Shown one piece after another: positions 13,001 through 26,220 of a stretch of 64,000 nucleotides of DNA. Position numbers and translations under genes: made by a program. Where the stretch lies: positions 21,266,001 to 21,330,000 of the forward strand of contig OZ059898.1 of assembly GCA_964057225.1 (NCBI GenBank), in the 5' to 3' direction. The DNA is from Auanema rhodensis. Taxonomy: Eukaryota; Animalia; Nematoda. The notes below the pieces were generated by a model. It searched no databases. It was not told the DNA's origin and worked only from the letters and a program-made list of their open reading frames with translations. Each line of letters opens with the position of its first letter. The stretch's first letter is position 1.

Positions 13001-16000
13001 ACGTGAAAGATAAAGAGATGCGGTTTTCAAAATTAGATTCCCCATGTCCATATTAGTCTAAAAACAAATTTTTATTGAGATTGGTGCATGGTAACCATGA
13101 CTTTGAAATTTACGTGAACTTTATTTCATGCTAATTAAATGTACACGTGATGTGCACTTGGTATGTAACTCGCTTCACGTGAAAGATAAAGAGATGCGGT
13201 TTTCAAAATTAGATTCCCCATGTCCATATTAGTCTAAAAACAAATTTTTATTGATATTGGTGCATGGTAACCATGACTTTGAAATTTACGTGAACTTTAA
13301 TTTATGCTAATTAAATGTACACGTGATGTGCACTTGGTATGTAACTCGCTTCACGTGAAAGATAAAGAGATGCGGTTTTCAAAATTAGATTCCCCATGTC
13401 CATATTAGTCTAAAAACAAATTTTTATTGATATTGGTGCATGGTAACCATGACTTTGAAATTTACGTGAACTTTAATTTATGCTAATTAAATGTACACGT
13501 GATGTGCACTTGGTATGTAACTCGCTTCACGTGAAAGATAAAGAGATGCGGTTTTCAAAATTAGATTCCCCATGTCCATATTAGTCTAAAAACAAATTTT
13601 TATTGATATTGGTGCATGGTAACCATGACTTTGAAATTTACGTGAACTTTAATTCATGCTAATTAAATGTACACGTGATGTGCACTTGGTATGTAACTCG
13701 CTTCACGTGAAAGATAAAGAGATGCGGTTTTCAAAATTAGATTCCCCATGTCCATATTAGTCTAAAAACAAATTTTTATTGATATTGGTGCATGGTAACC
13801 ATGACTTTGAAATTTACGTGTACTTTAATTTATGCTAATTAAATGTACACGTGATGTGCACTTGGTATGTAACCCGCTTCACGTGAAAGATAAAGAGATG
13901 CGGTTTTCAAAATTAGATTCCCCATGTCCATATTAGTCTAAAAACAAATTTTTATTGATATTGGTGCATGGTAACCATGACTTTGAAATTTACGTGAACT
14001 TTAATTCATGCTAATTAAATGTACACGTGATGTGCACTTGGTATGTAACTCGCTTCACGTGAAAGATAAAGAGATGCGGTTTTCAAAATTAGATTCCCCA
14101 TGTCCATATTAGTCTAAAAACAAATTTTTATTGATATTGGTGCATGGTAACCATGACTTTGAAATTTACGTGTACTTTAATTTATGCTAATTAAATGTAC
14201 ACGTGATGTGCACTTGGTATGTAACCCGCTTCACGTGAAAGATAAAGAGATGCGGTTTTCAAAATTAGATTCCCCATGTCCATATTAGTCTAAAAACAAA
14301 TTTTTATTGATATTGGTGCATGGTAACCATGACTTTGAAATTTACGTGAACTTTAATTTATGCTAATTAAATGTACACGTGATGTGCACTTGGTATGTAA
14401 CTCGCTTCACGTGAAAGATAAAGAGATGCGGTTTTCAAAATTAGATTCCCCATGTCCATATTAGTCTAAAAACCAATTTTTATTGAGATTGGTGCATGGT
14501 AACCATGACTTTGAAATTTACGTGAACTTTATTTCATGCTAATTAAATGTACACGTGATGTGCACTTGGTATGTAACTCGCTTCACGTGAAAGATAAAGA
14601 GATGCGGTTTTCAAAATTAGATTCCCCATGTCCATATTAGTCTAAAAACAAATTTTTATTGATATTGGTTCATGGTAACCATGACTTTGAAATTTACGTG
14701 AACTTTAATTTATGCTAATTAAATGTACACGTGATGTGCACTTGGTATGTAACTCGCTTCACGTGAAAGATAAAGAGATGCGGTTTTCAAAATTAGATTC
14801 CCCATGTCCATATTAGTCTAAAAACAAATTTTTATTGATATTGGTTCATGGTAACCATGACTTTGAAATTTACGTGAACTTTAATTTATGCTAATTAAAT
14901 GTACACGTGATGTGCACTTGGTATGTAACTCGCTTCACGTGAAAGATAAAGAGATGCGGTTTTCAAAATTAGATTCCCCATGTCCATATTAGTCTAAAAA
15001 CAAATTTTTATTGATATTGGTGCATGGTAACCATGACTTTGAAATTTACGTGAACTTTAATTTATGCTAATTAAATGTACACGTGATGTGCACTTGGTAT
15101 GTAACTCGCTTCACGTGAAAGATAAAGAGATGCGGTTTTCAAAATTAGATTCCCCATGTCCATATTAGTCTAAAAACAAATTTTTATTGATATTGGTGCA
15201 TGGTAACCATGACTTTGAAATTTACGTGAACTTTAATTTATGCTAATTAAATGTACACGTGATGTGCACTTGGTATGTAACTCGCTTCACGTGAAAGATA
15301 AAGAGATGCGGTTTTCAAAATTAGATTCCCCATGTCCATATTAGTCTAAAAACAAATTTTTATTGATATTGGTGCATGGTAACCATGACTTTGAAATTTA
15401 CGTGAACTTTAATTCATGCTAATTAAATGTACACGTGATGTGCACTTGGTATGTAACTCGCTTCACGTGAAAGATAAAGAGATGCGGTTTTCAAAATTAG
15501 ATTCCCCATGTCCATATTAGTCTAAAAACAAATTTTTATTGATATTGGTGCATGGTAACCATGACTTTGAAATTTACGTGTACTTTAATTTATGCTAATT
15601 AAATGTACACGTGATGTGCACTTGGTATGTAACCCGCTTCACGTGAAAGATAAAGAGATGCGGTTTTCAAAATTAGATTCCCCATGTCCATATTAGTCTA
15701 AAAACAAATTTTTATTGATATTGGTGCATGGTAACCATGACTTTGAAATTTACGTGAACTTTAATTCATGCTAATTAAATGTACACGTGATGTGCACTTG
15801 GTATGTAACTCGCTTCACGTGAAAGATAAAGAGATGCGGTTTTCAAAATTAGATTCCCCATGTCCATATTAGTCTAAAAACAAATTTTTATTGATATTGG
15901 TGCATGGTAACCATGACTTTGAAATTTACGTGTACTTTAATTTATGCTAATTAAATGTACACGTGATGTGCACTTGGTATGTAACCCGCTTCACGTGAAA

Positions 16001-16364
16001 GATAAAGAGATGCGGTTTTCAAAATTAGATTCCCCATGTCCATATTAGTCTAAAAACAAATTTTTATTGATATTGGTGCATGGTAACCATGACTTTGAAA
16101 TTTACGTGAACTTTAATTTATGCTAATTAAATGTACACGTGATGTGCACTTGGTATGTAACTCGCTTCACGTGAAAGATAAAGAGATGCGGTTTTCAAAA
16201 TTAGATTCCCCATGTCCATATTAGTCTAAAAACAAATTTTTATTGAGATTGGTGCATGGTAACCATGACTTTGAAATTTACGTGAACTTTATTTCATGCT
16301 AATTAAATGTACACGTGATGTGCACTTGGTATGTAACTCGCTTCACGTGAAAGATAAAGAGATG
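10029..16364 (+). repeat. Tandem duplication of an 18-monomer higher-order unit (3168 bp x2)
   Basis: 10029-13196 and 13197-16364 show the same order of monomer types. The A46C+T59G monomer starts at 11261 and 14429, and the T59G monomer at 13021 and 16189. Confidence 0.92.
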
Positions 16365-19300
16365 CGGTTTTCAAAATTAGATTCCCCATGTCCATATTAG
16401 TCTAAAAACAATTTTTTATTGATATTGGTTCATGGTAACCATGACTTTGAAATTTACGTGAACTTTAATTTATGCTAATTAAATGTACACGTGATGTGCA
16501 CTTGGTATGTAACTCGCTTCACGTGAAAGATAAAGAGATGCGGTTTTCAAAATAAGATTCCCCATGTCCATATTAGTCTAAAAACAAATTTTTATTGATA
16601 TTGGTTCATGGTAACCATGACTTTGAAATTTACGTGAACTTTAATTTATGCTAATTAAATGTACACGTGATGTGCACTTGGTATGTAACTCGCTTCACGT
16701 GAAAGATAAAGAGATGCGGTTTTCAAAATAAGATTCCCCATGTCCATATTAGTCTAAAAACAAATTTTTATTGATATTGGTTCATGGTAACCATGACTTT
16801 GAAATTTACGTGAACTTTAATTTATGCTAATTAAATGTACACGTGATGTGCACTTGGTATGTAACTCGCTTCACGTGAAAGATAAAGAGATGCGGTTTTC
16901 AAAATGAGATTCCCCATGTCCATATTAGTCTAAAAACAAATTTTTATTGATATTGGTTCATGGTAACCATGACTTTGAAATTTACGTGAACTTTAATTTA
17001 TGCTAATTAAATGTACACGTGATGTGCACTTGGTATGTAACTCGCTTCACGTGAAAGATAAAGAGATGCGGTTTTCAAAATAAGATTCCCCATGTCCATA
17101 TTAGTCTAAAAACAAATTTTTATTGATATTGGTTCATGGTAACCATGACTTTGAAATTTACGTGAACTTTAATTTATGCTAATTAAATGTACACGTGATG
17201 TGCACTTGGTATGTAACTCGCTTCACGTGAAAGATAAAGAGATGCGGTTTTCAAAATTAGATTCCCCATGTCCATATTAGTCTAAAAACAAATTTTTATT
17301 GAGATTGGTGCATGGTAACCATGACTTTGAAATTTACGTGAACTTTATTTCATGCTAATTAAATGTACACGTGATGTGCACTTGGTATGTAACTCGCTTC
17401 ACGTGAAAGATAAAGAGATGCGGTTTTCAAAATTAGATTCCCCATGTCCATATTAGTCTAAAAACAATTTTTTATTGATATTGGTTCATGGTAACCATGA
17501 CTTTGAAATTTACGTGAACTTTAATTTATGCTAATTAAATGTACACGTGATGTGCACTTGGTATGTAACTCGCTTCACGTGAAAGATAAAGAGATGCGGT
17601 TTTCAAAATAAGATTCCCCATGTCCATATTAGTCTAAAAACAAATTTTTATTGATATTGGTTCATGGTAACCATGACTTTGAAATTTACGTGAACTTTAA
17701 TTTATGCTAATTAAATGTACACGTGATGTGCACTTGGTATGTAACTCGCTTCACGTGAAAGATAAAGAGATGCGGTTTTCAAAATAAGATTCCCCATGTC
17801 CATATTAGTCTAAAAACAAATTTTTATTGATATTGGTTCATGGTAACCATGACTTTGAAATTTACGTGAACTTTAATTTATGCTAATTAAATGTACACGT
17901 GATGTGCACTTGGTATGTAACTCGCTTCACGTGAAAGATAAAGAGATGCGGTTTTCAAAATAAGATTCCCCATGTCCATATTAGTCTAAAAACAAATTTT
18001 TATTGATATTGGTTCATGGTAACCATGACTTTGAAATTTACGTGAACTTTAATTTATGCTAATTAAATGTACACGTGATGTGCACTTGGTATGTAACTCG
18101 CTTCACGTGAAAGATAAAGAGATGCGGTTTTCAAAATAAGATTCCCCATGTCCATATTAGTCTAAAAACAAATTTTTATTGATATTGGTTCATGGTAACC
18201 ATGACTTTGAAATTTACGTGAACTTTAATTTATGCTAATTAAATGTACACGTGATGTGCACTTGGTATGTAACTCGCTTCACGTGAAAGATAAAGAGATG
18301 CGGTTTTCAAAATTAGATTCCCCATGTCCATATTAGTCTAAAAACAAATTTTTATTGAGATTGGTGTATGGTAACCATGACTTTGAAATTTACGTGAACT
18401 TTATTTCATGCTAATTAAATGTACACGTGATGTGCACTTGGTATGTAACTCGCTTCACGTGAAAGATAAAGAGATGCGGTTTTCAAAATTAGATTCCCCA
18501 TGTCCATATTAGTCTAAAAACAAATTTTTATTGATATTGGTGCATGGTAACCATGACTTTGAAATTTACGTGTACTTTAATTTATGCTAATTAAATGTAC
18601 ACGTGATGTGCACTTGGTATGTAACTCGCTTCACGTGAAAGATAAAGAGATGCGGTTTTCAAAATTAGATTCCCCAAGTCCATATTAGTCTAAAAACAAA
18701 TTTTTATTGATATTGGTTCATGGTAACCATGACTTTGAAATTTACGTGAACTTTAATTTATGCTAATTAAATGTACACGTGATGTGCACTTGGTATGTAA
18801 CTCGCTTCACGTGAAAGATAAAGAGATGCGGTTTTCAAAATAAGATTCCCCATGTCCATATTAGTCTAAAAACAAATTTTTATTGATATTGGTTCATGGT
18901 AACCATGACTTTGAAATTTACGTGAACTTTAATTTATGCTAATTAAATGTACACGTGATGTGCACTTGGTATGTAACTCGCTTCACGTGAAAGATAAAGA
19001 GATGCGGTTTTCAAAATTAGATTCCCCATGTCCATATTAGTCTAAAAACAAATTTTTATTGATATTGGTTCATGGTAACCATGACTTTGAAATTTACGTG
19101 AACTTTAATTTATGCTAATTAAATGTACACGTGATGTGCACTTGGTATGTAACTCGCTTCACGTGAAAGATAAAGAGATGCGGTTTTCAAAATTAGATTC
19201 CCCATGTCCATATTAGTCTAAAAACAAATTTTTATTGATATTGGTGCATGGTAACCATGACTTTGAAATTTACGTGAACTTTAATTTATGCTAATTAAAT

Positions 19301-22300
19301 GTACACGTGATGTGCACTTGGTATGTAACTCGCTTCACGTGAAAGATAAAGAGATGCGGTTTTCAAAATTAGATTCCCCATGTCCATATTAGTCTAAAAA
19401 CAAATTTTTATTGATATTGGTGCATGGTAACCATGACTTTGAAATTTACGTGAACTTTAATTTATGCTAATTAAATGTACACGTGATGTGCACTTGGTAT
19501 GTAACTCGCTTCACGTGAAAGATAAAGAGATGCGGTTTTCAAATTTAGATTCCCCATGTCCATATTAGTCTAAAAACAAATTTTTATTGATATTGGTGCA
19601 TGGTAACCATGACTTTGAAATTTACGTGAACTTTAATTCATGCTAATTAAATGTACACGTGATGTGCACTTGGTATGTAACTCGCTTCACGTGAAAGATA
19701 AAGAGATGCGGTTTTCAAAATTAGATTCCCCATGTCCATATTAGTCTAAAAACAAATTTTTATTGATATTGGTGCATGGTAACCATGACTTTGAAATTTA
19801 CGTGTACTTTAATTTATGCTAATTAAATGTACACGTGATGTGCACTTGGTATGTAACCCGCTTCACGTGAAAGATAAAGAGATGCGGTTTTCAAAATTAG
19901 ATTCCCCATGTCCATATTAGTCTAAAAACAAATTTTTATTGATATTGGTGCATGGTAACCATGACTTTGAAATTTACGTGAACTTTAATTCATGCTAATT
20001 AAATGTACACGTGATGTGCACTTGGTATGTAACTCGCTTCACGTGAAAGATAAAGAGATGCGGTTTTCAAAATTAGATTCCCCATGTCCATATTAGTCTA
20101 AAAACAAATTTTTATTGATATTGGTGCATGGTAACCATGACTTTGAAATTTACGTGTACTTTAATTTATGCTAATTAAATGTACACGTGATGTGCACTTG
20201 GTATGTAACCCGCTTCACGTGAAAGATAAAGAGATGCGGTTTTCAAAATTAGATTCCCCATGTCCATATTAGTCTAAAAACAAATTTTTATTGATATTGG
20301 TGCATGGTAACCATGACTTTGAAATTTACGTGAACTTTAATTTATGCTAATTAAATGTACACGTGATGTGCACTTGGTATGTAACTCGCTTCACGTGAAA
20401 GATAAAGAGATGCGGTTTTCAAAATTAGATTCCCCATGTCCATATTAGTCTAAAAACCAATTTTTATTGAGATTGGTGCATGGTAACCATGACTTTGAAA
20501 TTTACGTGAACTTTATTTCATGCTAATTAAATGTACACGTGATGTGCACTTGGTATGTAACTCGCTTCACGTGAAAGATAAAGAGATGCGGTTTTCAAAA
20601 TTAGATTCCCCATGTCCATATTAGTCTAAAAACAAATTTTTATTGATATTGGTTCATGGTAACCATGACTTTGAAATTTACGTGAACTTTAATTTATGCT
20701 AATTAAATGTACACGTGATGTGCACTTGGTATGTAACTCGCTTCACGTGAAAGATAAAGAGATGCGGTTTTCAAAATAAGATTCCCCATGTCCATATTAG
20801 TCTAAAAACAAATTTTTATTGATATTGGTTCATGGTAACCATGACTTTGAAATTTACGTGAACTTTAATTTATGCTAATTAAATGTACACGTGATGTGCA
20901 CTTGGTATGTAACTCGCTTCACGTGAAAGATAAAGAGATGCGGTTTTCAAAATAAGATTCCCCATGTCCATATTAGTCTAAAACCAAATTTTTATTGATA
21001 TTGGTTCATGGTAACCATGACTTTGAAATTTACGTGAACTTTAATTTATGCTAATTAAATGTACACGTGATGTGCACTTGGTATGTAACTCGCTTCACGT
21101 GAAAGATAAAGAGATGCGGTTTTCAAAATGAGATTCCCCATGTCCATATTAGTCTAAAAACAAATTTTTATTGATATTGGTTCATGGTAACCATGACTTT
21201 GAAATTTACGTGAACTTTAATTTATGCTAATTAAATGTACACGTGATGTGCACTTGGTATGTAACTCGCTTCACGTGAAAGATAAAGAGATGCGGTTTTC
21301 AAAATTAGATTCCCCATGTCCATATTAGTCTAAAAACAAATTTTTATTGATATTGGTGCATGGTAACCATGACTTTGAAATTTACGTGTACTTTAATTTA
21401 TGCTAATTAAATGTACACGTGATGTGCACTTGGTATGTAACTCGCTTCACGTGAAAGATAAAGAGATGCGGTTTTCAAAATTAGATTCCCCAAGTCCATA
21501 TTAGTCTAAAAACAAATTTTTATTGATATTGGTTCATGGTAACCATGACTTTGAAATTTACGTGAACTTTAATTTATGCTAATTAAATGTACACGTGATG
21601 TGCACTTGGTATGTAACCCGCTTCACGTGAAAGATAAAGAGATGCGGTTTTCAAAATTAGATTCCCCATGTCCATATTAGTCTAAAAACAAATTTTTATT
21701 GATATTGGTTCATGGTAACCATGACTTTGAAATTTACGTGAACTTTAATTTATGCTAATTAAATGTACACGTGATGTGCACTTGGTATGTAACTCGCTTC
21801 ACGTGAAAGATAAAGAGATGCGGTTTTCAAAATAAGATTCCCCATGTCCATATTAGTCTAAAAACAAATTTTTATTGATATTGGTTCATGGTAACCATGA
21901 CTTTGAAATTTACGTGAACTTTAATTTATGCTAATTAAATGTACACGTGATGTGCACTTGGTATGTAACTCGCTTCACGTGAAAGATAAAGAGATGCGGT
22001 TTTCAAAATGAGATTCCCCATGTCCATATTAGTCTAAAAACAAATTTTTATTGATATTGGTTCATGGTAACCATGACTTTGAAATTTACGTGAACTTTAA
22101 TTTATGCTAATTAAATGTACACGTGATGTGCACTTGGTATGTAACTCGCTTCACGTGAAAGATAAAGAGATGCGGTTTTCAAAATAAGATTCCCCATGTC
22201 CATATTAGTCTAAAAACAAATTTTTATTGATATTGGTTCATGGTAACCATGACTTTGAAATTTACGTGAACTTTAATTTATGCTAATTAAATGTACACGT

Positions 22301-24108
22301 GATGTGCACTTGGTATGTAACTCGCTTCACGTGAAAGATAAAGAGATGCGGTTTTCAAAATTAGATTCCCCATGTCCATATTAGTCTAAAAACAAATTTT
22401 TATTGAGATTGGTGCATGGTAACCATGACTTTGAAATTTACGTGAACTTTATTTCATGCTAATTAAATGTACACGTGATGTGCACTTGGTATGTAACTCG
22501 CTTCACGTGAAAGATAAAGAGATGCGGTTTTCAAAATTAGATTCCCCATGTCCATATTAGTCTAAAAACAAATTTTTATTGATATTGGTGCATGGTAACC
22601 ATGACTTTGAAATTTACGTGTACTTTAATTTATGCTAATTAAATGTACACGTGATGTGCACTTGGTATGTAACTCGCTTCACGTGAAAGATAAAGAGATG
22701 CGGTTTTCAAAATTAGATTCCCCAAGTCCATATTAGTCTAAAAACAAATTTTTATTGATATTGGTTCATGGTAACCATGACTTTGAAATTTACGTGAACT
22801 TTAATTTATGCTAATTAAATGTACACGTGATGTGCACTTGGTATGTAACTCGCTTCACGTGAAAGATAAAGAGATGCGGTTTTCAAAATAAGATTCCCCA
22901 TGTCCATATTAGTCTAAAAACAAATTTTTATTGATATTGGTTCATGGTAACCATGACTTTGAAATTTACGTGAACTTTAATTTATGCTAATTAAATGTAC
23001 ACGTGATGTGCACTTGGTATGTAACTCGCTTCACGTGAAAGATAAAGAGATGCGGTTTTCAAAATTAGATTCCCCATGTCCATATTAGTCAAAAAACAAA
23101 TTTTTATTGATATTGGTTCATGGTAACCATGACTTTGAAATTTACGTGAACTTTAATTTATGCTAATTAAATGTACACGTGATGTGCACTTGGTATGTAA
23201 CTCGCTTCACGTGAAAGATAAAGAGATGCGGTTTTCAAAATTAGATTCCCCATGTCCATATTAGTCTAAAAACAAATTTTTATTGATATTGGTGCATGGT
23301 AACCATGACTTTGAAATTTACGTGAACTTTAATTTATGCTAATTAAATGTACACGTGATGTGCACTTGGTATGTAACTCGCTTCACGTGAAAGATAAAGA
23401 GATGCGGTTTTCAAAATTAGATTCCCCATGTCCATATTAGTCTAAAAACAAATTTTTATTGATATTGGTGCATGGTAACCATGACTTTGAAATTTACGTG
23501 AACTTTAATTTATGCTAATTAAATGTACACGTGATGTGCACTTGGTATGTAACTCGCTTCACGTGAAAGATAAAGAGATGCGGTTTTCAAAATTAGATTC
23601 CCCATGTCCATATTAGTCTAAAAACAAATTTTTATTGATATTGGTGCATGGTAACCATGACTTTGAAATTTACGTGAACTTTAATTCATGCTAATTAAAT
23701 GTACACGTGATGTGCACTTGGTATGTAACTCGCTTCACGTGAAAGATAAAGAGATGCGGTTTTCAAAATTAGATTCCCCATGTCCATATTAGTCTAAAAA
23801 CAAATTTTTATTGATATTGGTGCATGGTAACCATGACTTTGAAATTTACGTGTACTTTAATTTATGCTAATTAAATGTACACGTGATGTGCACTTGGTAT
23901 GTAACCCGCTTCACGTGAAAGATAAAGAGATGCGGTTTTCAAAATTAGATTCCCCATGTCCATATTAGTCTAAAAACAAATTTTTATTGATATTGGTGCA
24001 TGGTAACCATGACTTTGAAATTTACGTGAACTTTAATTCATGCTAATTAAATGTACACGTGATGTGCACTTGGTATGTAACTCGCTTCACGTGAAAGATA
24101 AAGAGATG

Positions 24109-26220
24109 CGGTTTTCAAAATTAGATTCCCCATGTCCATATTAGTCTAAAAACAAATTTTTATTGATATTGGTGCATGGTAACCATGACTTTGAAATTTA
24201 CGTGTACTTTAATTTATGCTAATTAAATGTACACGTGATGTGCACTTGGTATGTAACCCGCTTCACGTGAAAGATAAAGAGATGCGGTTTTCAAAATTAG
24301 ATTCCCCATGTCCATATTAGTCTAAAAACAAATTTTTATTGATATTGGTGCATGGTAACCATGACTTTGAAATTTACGTGAACTTTAATTTATGCTAATT
24401 AAATGTACACGTGATGTGCACTTGGTATGTAACTCGCTTCACGTGAAAGATAAAGAGATGCGGTTTTCAAAATTAGATTCCCCATGTCCATATTAGTCTA
24501 AAAACCAATTTTTATTGAGATTGGTGCATGGTAACCATGACTTTGAAATTTACGTGAACTTTATTTCATGCTAATTAAATGTACACGTGATGTGCACTTG
24601 GTATGTAACTCGCTTCACGTGAAAGATAAAGAGATGCGGTTTTCAAAATAAGATTCCCCATGTCCATATTAGTCTAAAAACAAATTTTTATTGATATTGG
24701 TTCATGGTAACCATGACTTTGAAATTTACGTGAACTTTAATTTATGCTAATTAAATGTACACGTGATGTGCACTTGGTATGTAACTCGCTTCACGTGAAA
24801 GATAAAGAGATGCGGTTTTCAAAATGAGATTCCCCATGTCCATATTAGTCTAAAAACAAATTTTTATTGATATTGGTTCATGGTAACCATGACTTTGAAA
24901 TTTACGTGAACTTTAATTTATGCTAATTAAATGTACACGTGATGTGCACTTGGTTTGTAACTCGCTTCACGTGAAAGATAAAGAGATGCGGTTTTCAAAA
25001 TAAGATTCCCCATGTCCATATTAGTCTAAAAACAAATTTTTATTGATATTGGTTCATGGTAACCATGACTTTGAAATTTACGTGAACTTTGATTTATGCT
25101 AATTAAATGTACACGTGATGTGCACTTGGTATGTAACTCGCTTCACGTGAAAGATAAAGAGATGCGGTTTTCAAAATTAGATTCCCCATGTCCATATTAG
25201 TCTAAAAACAAATTTTTATTGATATTGGTGCATGGTAACCATGACTTTGAAATTTACGTGTACTTTAATTTATGCTAATTAAATGTACACGTGATGTGCA
25301 CTTGGTATGTAACCCGCTTCACGTGAAAGATAAAGAGATGCGGTTTTCAAAATTAGATTCCCCATGTCCATATTAGTCTAAAAACAAATTTTTATTGATA
25401 TTGGTGCATGGTAACCATGACTTTGAAATTTACGTGAACTTTAATTTATGCTAATTAAATGTACACGTGATGTGCACTTGGTATGTAACTCGCTTCACGT
25501 GAAAGATAAAGAGATGCGGTTTTCAAAATTAGATTCCCCATGTCCATATTAGTCTAAAAACCAATTTTTATTGAGATTGGTGCATGGTAACCATGACTTT
25601 GAAATTTACGTGAACTTTATTTCATGCTAATTAAATGTACACGTGATGTGCACTTGGTATGTAACTCGCTTCACGTGAAAGATAAAGAGATGCGGTTTTC
25701 AAAATAAGATTCCCCATGTCCATATTAGTCTAAAAACAAATTTTTATTGATATTGGTTCATGGTAACCATGACTTTGAAATTTACGTGAACTTTAATTTA
25801 TGCTAATTAAATGTACACGTGATGTGCACTTGGTATGTAACTCGCTTCACGTGAAAGATAAAGAGATGCGGTTTTTAAAATGAGATTCCCCATGTCCATA
25901 TTAGTCTAAAAACAAATTTTTATTGATATTGGTTCATGGTAACCATGACTTTGAAATTTACGTGAACTTTAATTTATGCTAATTAAATGTACACGTGATG
26001 TGCACTTGGTATGTAACTCGCTTCACGTGAAAGATAAAGAGATGCGGTTTTCAAAATAAGATTCCCCATGTCCATATTAGTCTAAAAACAAATTTTTATT
26101 GATATTGGTTCATGGTAACCATGACTTTGAAATTTACGTGAACTTTAATTTATGCTAATTAAATGTACACGTGATGTGCACTTGGTATGTAACTTGCTTC
26201 ACGTGAAAGATAAAGAGATG
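24109..26220 (+). repeat. Tandem duplication, 6-monomer period (1056 bp x2)
   Basis: The order [A97T+T150C],[G66],[A46C+T59G+A104T+T107C],[T14A],[T14G],[T14A] starts at 24109 and again at 25165, with a few private changes. Confidence 0.85.
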
